DNA of 64,000 nucleotides from Desulfatiglandales bacterium. GTDB lineage: Bacteria > Desulfobacterota > DSM-4660 > Desulfatiglandales > Desulfatiglandaceae. The number at the start of each line of letters is the position of its first letter. The stretch's first letter is position 1. The DNA lies in the NCBI GenBank assembly GCA_963666345.1, contig OY762721.1, positions 1,984,001-2,048,000 on the forward strand. The letters run 5' to 3'. Below, in pieces: positions 9,957 through 18,718 of the stretch. The position numbers and the translations under genes were made by a program. Under the pieces are notes generated by a model, which did no database searches, was not told where the DNA came from, and saw only the letters and a list, made by a program, of their open reading frames with translations.

Positions 9957-10685
9957 ATGAAATTAGTCACAAAACAAAATATCAGGCTGCTTTTGTTCTT
10001 TATCCTTATTGCCCATCTTTCAGCCTGTGCTCACAGCCCCCGGCAGAAATATCCCTTCGATTTCAGTCTGTTCCTGGATAAGCCTGTCCCGGCCCGCACA
10101 GCCGAATGGCTCAAAGGAGGGCCGCAGAGTACTGTCACCCCGTTTATCCGTGCCGCCGCATTCAGCATTAAAGGGAACAACAGAAGAGAGTGCCTCTTCA
10201 AGGCTATGGACTACATATGGGACAGGTTCAGGTATGATGAATGGCTAAATACCGCCAAGTTTACCCGCACCGCGGATGATCTTTTTAAGTCTGGAAAACT
10301 CGGGGGATGCGGTGATTACGCGCTTGTTGAGATCGCCCTCTTCAGGGCCGCCGGCATTCCTTCAAGGATGGTGGTCACGGCCAATGTCGACTGGATGCAT
10401 CAATTCAGGAAAAACAACCTCAGCTTGACTGAAGGACACAGCTTCATAGAGGTGTACCTGGAGGACAGGTGGTACCTTCTTGATTCGACCTATCGCTGGC
10501 TTTTCTGCGAATATGACCCAGATTCCGTCAGTCTTCCCCATGGCGAGCATTTCTTCAGAAGGGGAAGGGATTTCTGGGACATGGGCATTGAGTCGGGAGA
10601 GGAACTTGACAGACTGCTTGGAGAGCACGCACTGGGATACAAAGGCGATTTCAGGGAACCACGATATCCCAAATATCCTATTTAG
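9957..10685 (+). CDS. Transglutaminase-like lipoprotein
   Basis: Lipobox LSAC; putative Cys-His-Asp triad in GGCGDYA, GHSFIEVY and WYLLDST. Confidence 0.8.
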   Translation: MKLVTKQNIRLLLFFILIAHLSACAHSPRQKYPFDFSLFLDKPVPARTAEWLKGGPQSTVTPFIRAAAFSIKGNNRRECLFKAMDYIWDRFRYDEWLNTAKFTRTADDLFKSGKLGGCGDYALVEIALFRAAGIPSRMVVTANVDWMHQFRKNNLSLTEGHSFIEVYLEDRWYLLDSTYRWLFCEYDPDSVSLPHGEHFFRRGRDFWDMGIESGEELDRLLGEHALGYKGDFREPRYPKYPI

Positions 10686-10834
10686 GAGCTCTGGCATTGG
10701 GCATGCCGTTTGTTGATAATGTGTGAGAATATTAGGGGTGTTTAAGATACAGGATTCGAGGAGCCAAGGAGTCTAGGGGGCAAGTGAAAGGCTTTTAAAT
10801 CTTATAAATGCGTTGAAAAAAGAATCTATCGTTA

Positions 10835-10940
10835 CCCTTTGCGAAACAAACGAAGCTTTTGCTCTGCCGGTTCGGCAGAGTAAAAAATCTTTTCATCCGT
10901 TTTTGTCCTGCTTTGTCAAGCTAAAAGGGCGGTTGAAAAA
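10835..10940 (+). repeat. Family A element, copy 2
   Basis: Same consensus as 4174-4268; preceded by octamer repeats at about 10751-10787. Confidence 0.85.
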
Positions 10941-10985
10941 AACAGGCACGGGATCAGGGGTTTGTTTATAACAAAGGAAAGATTG

Positions 10986-11594
10986 ATGAAAATCTTCTCA
11001 AAAATATTACGGGCTGCTTTTCTCTTCCTTTTCCTGTGCGCACTCAGCTGTGCCACTGGAGAAGACCGGCTTTCCATTCACTACACGCCACCTGAAAAAG
11101 CACCCCTGGTCATACCTGAAAACGAGAAATTTGTCCTCTACCTGGCCCCTGTGGAGGGAGATGCCTCTGTCTTATGGTACACCCTGGGAAAGCACAAATG
11201 GGTTCTTGAAAAGGCCCCCACCCTCATTGTTCATGAGGCCGTAACAACGGAGCTTGAACGAATGGGCATCAGCGTGACCGATGATCCGGGTGAAAGTCAG
11301 GCCAGGCTGAAAGTTGAAATCAGGTGGTTCGCCCCCTGGGGGCATGCCAAAGTAACCGCCTGCATGATCCTTTCCCTCGCCCTTTCCACCGATGAGGGTG
11401 TTGAGCCATTGTGGAGGGACAAGATAGAAGCAGGCACGTTTCTGGAAACGCCTGCCTGGCAGGCCCGGGGAAAAGCTCATTATTTTGAAAAGGTAGCTTC
11501 AGAAGCATTGAGCAAGACAGTAAGGCAGATAGGATGGAACTCCGATTTTTCTCTTGCCCTGAGAGAAATTCAAAAGCGGGAAAAACTCGAATAA
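10986..11594 (+). CDS. Hypothetical lipoprotein (weak YajG-like resemblance)
   Basis: Lipobox ALSC after a hydrophobic signal; no firm family motif. Confidence 0.65.
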   Translation: MKIFSKILRAAFLFLFLCALSCATGEDRLSIHYTPPEKAPLVIPENEKFVLYLAPVEGDASVLWYTLGKHKWVLEKAPTLIVHEAVTTELERMGISVTDDPGESQARLKVEIRWFAPWGHAKVTACMILSLALSTDEGVEPLWRDKIEAGTFLETPAWQARGKAHYFEKVASEALSKTVRQIGWNSDFSLALREIQKREKLE

Positions 11595-11906
11595 GACTAA
11601 AAGATAAACAGTCTCACAGATCCATTATCAAAAATTCATTTGTGACAATCAATTCGTACTCCTAATGCTTAGGCCAAGGGGTAAGCCGATATTCTGAATC
11701 ATAGTTGGTTGCGTTTCAATCAGGTGATGGATCTTGGCCCTGTGCAGCTGATTGCATGACATTTGAGATTAATCTGATATTACTTTTTAGACAAAAATAG
11801 CAATTGATGTTTTCCGGCTAATGTCGTATAAGAATAATTTATAATTAAAACAAATTTTATAGATTCACCCCGGGTATAGACAACCCCAACATTAAGGAGG
11901 TTCATC

Positions 11907-12782
11907 ATGAAAACAGCGTCTAGAAGTAACCTTTTGATATTTCTTATTATTGTTGCCGGGTTTTTTCTGGTTTCTCAAGTCTCCCTTTCAAATGCGGCAA
12001 CGCTTAAAGACAGGCTCCTTAATAATTTTAAGACCATAGAAAAGCCTGCGGAACCCCTGCTTCCCGCCTCAGTCAAAATAGCGCCCGGTTTCGCGCTAGG
12101 CAAGGGATACTCGGTCGGCAATGTTCAGATGGTACAGGGTGATGTAGTCGTGGTCCATAAGGGAGAATCTTCCGCCTATAAACTTACTGAAAATGCCCCC
12201 ATATTCAATGGAGATCTCCTTGTCAGCATGGAAAAATCAAGGGCCAACATCAAATTGAACGATAAGAGTGTTTTCTCCATGGCGCCTCATACAAGGCTGC
12301 TGGTTGACAAGGTCAAATATGATCCAGTCAACAATAAGAGAGAGACAAAAATGAGCCTCAACTTCGGCCGTGCCAGATTTATCGCAAATAAGCTCTCGGC
12401 AGAATCGAAGTTTAATGTAAAAACGCCTACCGCGGTTGCAGGTGTGAGGGGAAGCGACTTCGGACTTGCCGTAACCACCGGGGAATTTCCAAAATCAAGC
12501 TGTTCCGTTCTCAGGATGCTTTCCCACCTCACACTGGTAAGTGAAGCACACGCGGCCCTGCCGGGGCTTTTGACCACGTTGGTTACAGGACCTGCAACCA
12601 ACGTATCTTTTGCGGGTCCACTGGGTGCCGCCAAGACGGTTACGGCATTTTCGGTTTCAGCCGCATCAGTCGGACAGGCGGCAATGATTCCCATGTACGT
12701 GGGTCCTATGGCCGCTGCCGGGGCCCTTGGTGCAGTCGGGGCCAACCTTGCAAGCATAGACATGCCGGCAGGAATGAAATAA
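11907..12782 (+). CDS. Exported FecR-domain protein
   Basis: Signal peptide; GD.L.S...SRANIKLNDKS...FNVKTPTAVAGVRGSDF FecR motif; AGGAGG RBS. Confidence 0.85.
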   Translation: MKTASRSNLLIFLIIVAGFFLVSQVSLSNAATLKDRLLNNFKTIEKPAEPLLPASVKIAPGFALGKGYSVGNVQMVQGDVVVVHKGESSAYKLTENAPIFNGDLLVSMEKSRANIKLNDKSVFSMAPHTRLLVDKVKYDPVNNKRETKMSLNFGRARFIANKLSAESKFNVKTPTAVAGVRGSDFGLAVTTGEFPKSSCSVLRMLSHLTLVSEAHAALPGLLTTLVTGPATNVSFAGPLGAAKTVTAFSVSAASVGQAAMIPMYVGPMAAAGALGAVGANLASIDMPAGMK

Positions 12783-12807
12783 CGGAGACTGTCCTTCTTC
12801 ATTCTGA

Positions 12808-12849
12808 AGAGCACCCCGGACGTTTTTTTTAAATCGCCCGGGGTGCTTT
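12808..12849. terminator. Probable bidirectional terminator
   Basis: AGCACCCCGG...CCGGGGTGCT inverted repeat between convergent genes. Confidence 0.6.
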
Positions 12850-12879
12850 ATTCATTTTGAGAGCGCACGCAATCTTTGT

Positions 12880-14883
12880 TCAGATCTTCAGCCCGACAAG
12901 GAATCCTTCCCTGATTGCCTCAAGCGCGTTTCCGGCCCTTATTGCATCCCCCACGACATATGTTTCCCCTACCAGTTCCTTTATCGGCTTTTCCAAGCCG
13001 TTTTCCGGCCAGGAGCCTGCGGCAATTATTACGGTATCGGCCTCAAGCATACCGGAAGAAACCTCGGTTTTAAATCTGACACCCTGATCCGTTATGCCGA
13101 CTGCCCTTGCCCCTGTCATTATCTTTACATGAAGCCGTTTCAGCTCACCTGCGATAGTCCATCTGGTTGTGGTTCCTATGTCACGTCCCGTCCTTTTATC
13201 CGTTTCCAGAACGGTAATATCCTTGTTTCCATTGTCCAGGAGATGTAGCATGGTTTCATACGATTCCGCACGGTTTATCATAAGAAAGTGGAGGACTTCC
13301 GGAGACAGGGTCCCCTGATATGCAAGGTACAGGGCGGTTTCAAGCCCCACGGCGTTTCCTCCCACGATCACGACCCTATCGCCCGCACTTGCCTCTCCGC
13401 TCAAGATATCCCTGGCATGGACCACCTTATCCTTATCGATTCCTTCAATATCCGGGAAAACCGGCCGCGAACCGGTTGCGATCACAACCGCATCAGGAGC
13501 ACTTTGTTCTATAAAGGCAGGGGTCGCCTCCTTTCCTGAAATTATCCTGACGCCGCTTGCCTCAAGGTTGTTTATCATATCCGCTACGGCTGTTATCAGC
13601 TCTCCCCTGCCGGGGATATCCCGGTTTAAAAGCAACTGACCACCCAACGCATTTTCTTTTTCAATTATCGTAACATCGTGACCCCTTTGGGCGGCGGTCA
13701 CCGCCGCTTTCATCCCTGCCGCTCCCCCACCGATAACAAGGACCCTCTTTATCTTTCCCGCCCCTGTTATCTTTAATTCCTCCTCCCTGCCCGCACGCGG
13801 ATTTACAAGACAGGTCACAGGAGCGAAGCTGAAGATGCTGTCAAAGCAGCCCTGGTTACAGGCAACACAGTGATATATCAGGTGCTCTTTTCCCTGCATC
13901 GCCTTATTGGGCAGATCCGGATCTGCCAGAAGCCCCCTTGCCATGGTGACCATATCGGCGGCCCCCGACCGAATTACCTCCTCTCCTTCCATCGGATCAT
14001 TTATTCTGTTGCTCGCAATCACCGGCACTGAAACCGCGCGTTTAATCCCCTGAGCAAGATACACATAGGCCTTTCTTGGAACAGACATGGTCAACTGGGG
14101 GACCCTTGTCTCATGCCAGCCACCGGTTACATTAAAAAGATCGACTCCGGCTGTTTCAAGTTCCGCTGCAAACGCGCTCGCCTCCTTGTTGCTGTTTCCT
14201 CCGACCATGAAATCATTTCCGGCAAGGCGCATCAATACGGGATAATCAGGACCCACGGCATTTCGCACTTTTTCCACCACCTCCAGGCCGAAGCGCATTC
14301 GTTTTTCAGGCGATCCGCCGTATCCGTCCTCCCGCAGATTTGTCAATGGAGACAGAAACTGGGATATAAGATATCCGGCGCTACCCAATATTTCCACGGC
14401 ATCGAACCCGCACTCTTTTGCCCTTAAGGCCGCCTCTGCAAAACGATCCTGAACATGTGGAATCTCATCCAGTTCAAGTGCCCTTGGAATTTCCCCTGTG
14501 AATTTTGATCTTACGGCCGATGCTGAGAACGGTTTTCTTCCCCCGATCATCGATGAATGGGTATAGCGCCCTCCCTGATAGAGCTGGGCCGCGATCTTCG
14601 CGCCATTTTCGCGAACAGCCGCGGTGAGTCTCTTCAGCCCCGGCCTGAATCTGTCATCGTCGATCCCGATCATGCTTGACATGCCACCGTATTCGTCTAC
14701 CGGGCAGCCGCCTGCTATTATCATGCCCACTCCGCCCCTGGCCCTTTCAGAGTAAAAGGAGATCAATTGATCCGTCACCTCTCCTTCAGGGCTGTACCCG
14801 AGATGCATGGCAGTCATCACGATACGGTTCCTTATTTCCATGGAATTGATCCTGAGGGACGAAAACAGGTGGGGGAATTTCAT
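12880..14883 (-). CDS. fadH: NADH:flavin oxidoreductase / 2,4-dienoyl-CoA reductase-like
   Basis: OYE barrel (RNRIVMTAMH, GYLISQFLSP), CVACNQGC Fe-S motif, GGGAAG and GGNAVG Rossmann motifs. Confidence 0.85.
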   Translation of the reverse strand: MKFPHLFSSLRINSMEIRNRIVMTAMHLGYSPEGEVTDQLISFYSERARGGVGMIIAGGCPVDEYGGMSSMIGIDDDRFRPGLKRLTAAVRENGAKIAAQLYQGGRYTHSSMIGGRKPFSASAVRSKFTGEIPRALELDEIPHVQDRFAEAALRAKECGFDAVEILGSAGYLISQFLSPLTNLREDGYGGSPEKRMRFGLEVVEKVRNAVGPDYPVLMRLAGNDFMVGGNSNKEASAFAAELETAGVDLFNVTGGWHETRVPQLTMSVPRKAYVYLAQGIKRAVSVPVIASNRINDPMEGEEVIRSGAADMVTMARGLLADPDLPNKAMQGKEHLIYHCVACNQGCFDSIFSFAPVTCLVNPRAGREEELKITGAGKIKRVLVIGGGAAGMKAAVTAAQRGHDVTIIEKENALGGQLLLNRDIPGRGELITAVADMINNLEASGVRIISGKEATPAFIEQSAPDAVVIATGSRPVFPDIEGIDKDKVVHARDILSGEASAGDRVVIVGGNAVGLETALYLAYQGTLSPEVLHFLMINRAESYETMLHLLDNGNKDITVLETDKRTGRDIGTTTRWTIAGELKRLHVKIMTGARAVGITDQGVRFKTEVSSGMLEADTVIIAAGSWPENGLEKPIKELVGETYVVGDAIRAGNALEAIREGFLVGLKI

Positions 14884-15165
14884 AGCAAAGACTCCTATTT
14901 AAGGTTTCAGCCTATTTACCGACTTTCCGCACAGACCCCGGAGCCGCAAGATATTGCACCGTTGCTCTTATTACCACCCCCGACATGCCCGGGGGTGCAC
15001 AAATGAATCTTCCCAAAATCAACCGGCCCGAAGCGCTGATCTTTATTTTGGATTATTTGAAAATTTTATGTGATATATTATATCTTTTCAATAGGCATTT
15101 TTTGGCGGTAACGTGCAACCGTCAAGCCATGCCGAGATTTTTTACTTATTACGAACGCATCAAAA

Positions 15166-16122
15166 TTGTCTTTTTCAAACGTTTCATTTTCTGAGGCTGA
15201 TCCCTTTTTAATGAAAGCCATCCTATACGTCTTTAAAAAAGCCCCTTTTTTCACTCTCGCTCTTTTACTGCTCAACACGGATGTCTATTCGGCGGAACTA
15301 TCGCTAAGAGCGATGGAAGGCAAAGAGGCCGTCGTTCTTTTTGAGGCGGGCCATGCAAAGCCTGCAGAAGACCTTCTTCAAATTTATCCTAAGGTCAAAG
15401 TTGATGCTGAAAATATTTTTGGATGGAAATTTAAAGGAAGGCCGGGGATAGTAATTTTCAGCGATAAAAAAAACTTTCAGAAAACAATTAAAAACCCTTT
15501 TGTAATAGCAGCCGCAATACCTCAAAAAAATATGGTTGCAATCGACTACAGCAGTATGAAAACAGACCCCTTTGCCATAGAAACCACACTGAAGCACGAG
15601 CTGTGCCACCTGTTGATTCATCAGAACATAAAGGTCTTCATGCCGATATGGCTGGAGGAAGGAATTTGCCAGTGGGCAAGCGACGGGACGGGTGAGCTGA
15701 TGACGGCACAAAAGAGATCCAGTCTTCATAAGGCCTATCTGAGCAACTCCCTTTTGACGCTAAGATCTATTGAGAGGATGTTCCCTTCTGAAAAGGAACC
15801 TCTGCTTCTCGCCTATGAGCAGAGCAGGAGCATGGTGGAATTTATCATAAAGCGCTTTGGTACTGACGGACTCCGGCTGATTCTTGAATATATGAAGGCG
15901 GGAATCGGTTTTGAGGAGGCATTTGAGAGAAGTCTTTCCCTTTCGATTTACCAGGTGGAAAATCAGTGGAAGGAATCAATTGAAGACAGGATGTCCTGGT
16001 TCGCCTATATAAGCTATCACATCTATGAAATACTTTTCGCCTTTATGGCCCTGTTAACTGTTATCGGTTTTATCAGGGTTATGCTGAAAAAAAGGGCTTA
16101 CAAAGATGAACCTCAAATGTAA
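15166..16122 (+). CDS. Peptidase MA-like zinc metalloprotease with C-terminal TM helix
   Basis: HELCH followed by PIWLEEG and AYEQS; likely start ATG 15211. Confidence 0.8.
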   Translation: MSFSNVSFSEADPFLMKAILYVFKKAPFFTLALLLLNTDVYSAELSLRAMEGKEAVVLFEAGHAKPAEDLLQIYPKVKVDAENIFGWKFKGRPGIVIFSDKKNFQKTIKNPFVIAAAIPQKNMVAIDYSSMKTDPFAIETTLKHELCHLLIHQNIKVFMPIWLEEGICQWASDGTGELMTAQKRSSLHKAYLSNSLLTLRSIERMFPSEKEPLLLAYEQSRSMVEFIIKRFGTDGLRLILEYMKAGIGFEEAFERSLSLSIYQVENQWKESIEDRMSWFAYISYHIYEILFAFMALLTVIGFIRVMLKKRAYKDEPQM

Positions 16123-16284
16123 GAATAGGCACTCAGTTTCGCTTCCGGTTACTGTGCGGGGGAAAGAGCCGATTAAACGAGAGGATCCAAGGGAAAACAT
16201 TTAGTCTTTACGTTATTCGAGCAATCTAAGAAATAATTGATGTTTGAATATTGTCAGGGGGTTGAAAAAAAAACCAACCCTTAA

Positions 16285-16502
16285 CCTTTGCGCAGCAAAC
16301 GAAGCTTTTGCTCTGCCAGGGTCGGCAGAGCAAAATATCTTTTCATCCTTCTTTGTCCCGGTAATCAAGTGAGCAAAGCGAATTTATCCCGTTGAATGTG
16401 GCTAGGTTCACCCCATGGAATGTAGCTGCACTATCATCCAATGGATGATTCCATAGGGGCCACCCTTCGAAGAAGGATTCAACCGGGACGGGCGGTTAAA
16501 AG
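16285..16502 (+). repeat. Family A element, copy 3, carrying two nested palindromic insertions (16383-16488, 16407-16459)
   Basis: Family A consensus interrupted; removing the inserts restores the uninterrupted sequence. Confidence 0.85.
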
Positions 16503-16594
16503 AAAGGGTTCAAGTGGTCCAGGGGGGGGCGAGTAGACGGCCCATGCGGGAAACTGAAGGTATTTGTTTTTAAATAGATGAACAGGAGTTTCAG

Positions 16595-17761
16595 ATGGCT
16601 GAAGTTCTTACCGGGTTGGACCTTGCCGGACAAGGGGCGTTAAATGGGATCAAGGGCCACAGGATCGGTCTTCTGGGCAATCAGGCCTCTTGTGACGGAA
16701 GGCTCAACCATGCAAAAGATATCCTTTCAGGACTTTTCGAAGAAGACCTCTGCGCCCTTTTCGGTCCTCAGCACGGCTATGCGGGAGAAGACCAGGACAA
16801 CATGATCGAGACTCCCCATTCAAGGGACAAAAGGCTATGTATTCCTGTTTTCAGTCTATATTCCGAGACAAGAGAACCTCTTCCCTCCATGCTTGAACTT
16901 ATCGATATACTCGTTATAGACCTGCAGGATGTGGGCACACGCGTTTATACCTTTGCCTCCACCATGCTTGGGTGTCTTAAGGCATGTGCAAGGCAGGGCA
17001 AAAGGGTAATTGTCCTTGACAGACCCAATCCGCTGGGAGGTCGGATGGTTGAGGGAAACCTGCTTGAAGACGACATGCGCTCCTTTGTAGGCCCCTTTTC
17101 CCTTCCCATGCGGCACGGACTGACGATGGGCGAGATGGCCCAGATGTTCAACAGTGAAATGGATATAGGTTGTGACCTTGATATAATTTCCATGAAGGGG
17201 TGGAAAAGGGACATGTTCTGGAACGAAACAGGCCTTAAATGGCTGATGCCCTCGACCAATATGCCTTCAGCTGAAACTGCCGCGGTATACCCGGGCCAGG
17301 TTATCTGGGAAGGGACGAATCTTTCCGAGGGCAGGGGCACATGCCGGCCCTTTGAAATTTTTGGAGCTCCCTGGCTTGACACAGCCGGGATAAAAAAGCT
17401 TATGGGGAATGGGAAAGGTTGTTTTCTCCAGGAATTCACTTTCAAGCCTACCTTCCACAAATGGGAAGGTGAAATCTGCCACGGATTCATGATCCACATG
17501 CTCGATCAGAGAAAGTACCGGCCCTATTTTACCTCGATTACTCTTTTAAAGGCGATAATCGGTATGCATAGGGATAATTTTCAGTGGCGAAGCCCCCCCT
17601 ATGAATATGAATACCAAAGAGAGCCGATCGATCTTATAATTGGAAGCACTTCTCTCAGGCGCGACATTGAATCAGGTTCTTCGATTCAATCCATAGAGGA
17701 AAGGATTTTAGCAGACGCGGAGGATTTTATTTCCCGGCGAAGGCCTTATCTGCTCTATTAG
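16595..17761 (+). CDS. DUF1343 / exo-beta-N-acetylmuramidase NamZ family
   Basis: ALFGPQHG, DLQDVGTRVYTF, LDRPNPLGG, RHGLTMGE, SEGRGT.RPFE. Confidence 0.92.
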   Translation: MAEVLTGLDLAGQGALNGIKGHRIGLLGNQASCDGRLNHAKDILSGLFEEDLCALFGPQHGYAGEDQDNMIETPHSRDKRLCIPVFSLYSETREPLPSMLELIDILVIDLQDVGTRVYTFASTMLGCLKACARQGKRVIVLDRPNPLGGRMVEGNLLEDDMRSFVGPFSLPMRHGLTMGEMAQMFNSEMDIGCDLDIISMKGWKRDMFWNETGLKWLMPSTNMPSAETAAVYPGQVIWEGTNLSEGRGTCRPFEIFGAPWLDTAGIKKLMGNGKGCFLQEFTFKPTFHKWEGEICHGFMIHMLDQRKYRPYFTSITLLKAIIGMHRDNFQWRSPPYEYEYQREPIDLIIGSTSLRRDIESGSSIQSIEERILADAEDFISRRRPYLLY

Positions 17762-17828
17762 GTGCCGCTTGGATCCCGGGACCCTTTCCTTCAACCGTAT
17801 TGGAGAAAAGTACCCTCTATTAAAACAT

Positions 17829-17861
17829 TCGGGCACCACCATAAGATTTGGTGATGCCCGA
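17829..17861. terminator. Hairpin between convergent genes
   Basis: TCGGGCACCACCA...TGGTGATGCCCGA. Confidence 0.55.
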
Positions 17862-17958
17862 CGATGGATTTAAAACGTTATCCCTGTTTTAGATGTTATC
17901 AAAGACGATAAGGTATGGACTCAGGTGATTTTCAATTGTGAATCCACCCCTTTTGATG

Positions 17959-18129
17959 CTATTTTTTTGAATCCCCGCCTATCCATTTGTCAATCGCCTC
18001 TTTGTCGAATCTCCAGACGCGGCCTATGCGTATTGCGGGGATCTTGCCCTCGGCAGCATATTTGCAAATGGTTATTTCATGAAGCTTAAGATATTTAGCT
18101 ACTTCCTTAGTTGTCATTATTTCCGGCAT
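17959..18129 (-). CDS. Small excisionase-like (HTH_17) DNA-binding protein
   Basis: MPEIMTTKEVAKYLKL...GKIPAIRIGRVWRFDK; AGAGGAG RBS before ATG 18129. Confidence 0.9.
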   Translation of the reverse strand: MPEIMTTKEVAKYLKLHEITICKYAAEGKIPAIRIGRVWRFDKEAIDKWIGGDSKK

Positions 18130-18718
18130 AACATACTCCTCTTTAACCATAAAAAATTCATAGTTCGTTGAAATGATAAAATATATACGGCAAACCGTTA
18201 GTGTTACGTTTAATACCACATCTAGCTAAAGTCAACAATAAACTTACTAATAGACTACGAAAAGATATCAATATATTGTTTTTCATATGCATTTTCATCT
18301 TCCAAGTTAATTTCTTAAACATTAAGGAAACATAGAACGCATAAAACCCATAATTTTATCCTCAGCAAAAGAAAATGACCTGGCTATTTAGAGCAAAAAC
18401 AGAAAGTTTGAATATATGATCTAAATAAACAAAAATTGCAACTAAATTATCATATGGTTTTCTGTTTATGCATAAATGTTGAGCTGAGGAGCCTTTCCGG
18501 CAATAGTTTTCTTGACTGAAGCAGTCCAAGGACCTATAACCCCTTACCTTACAAAAGCCTGCGGCCTTAACCAATTTTAACGGATCCTTAAAAAGCCCGT
18601 TCATGCAGCTTTGCGACAGCATATCGGGAAAGAACCCGGATAATTCGGCGGCATGAGTCATTATCAGTAAATCGATTAAAAGTCAGGGACCCGGCCTTTT
18701 TAATCGATGTAACTTACT

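Noticed and set aside
17959..18219. Excisionase-like gene as a sign of a prophage or ICE
   Set aside because: No integrase, att site or phage genes nearby; stand-alone HTH_17 regulators are common.
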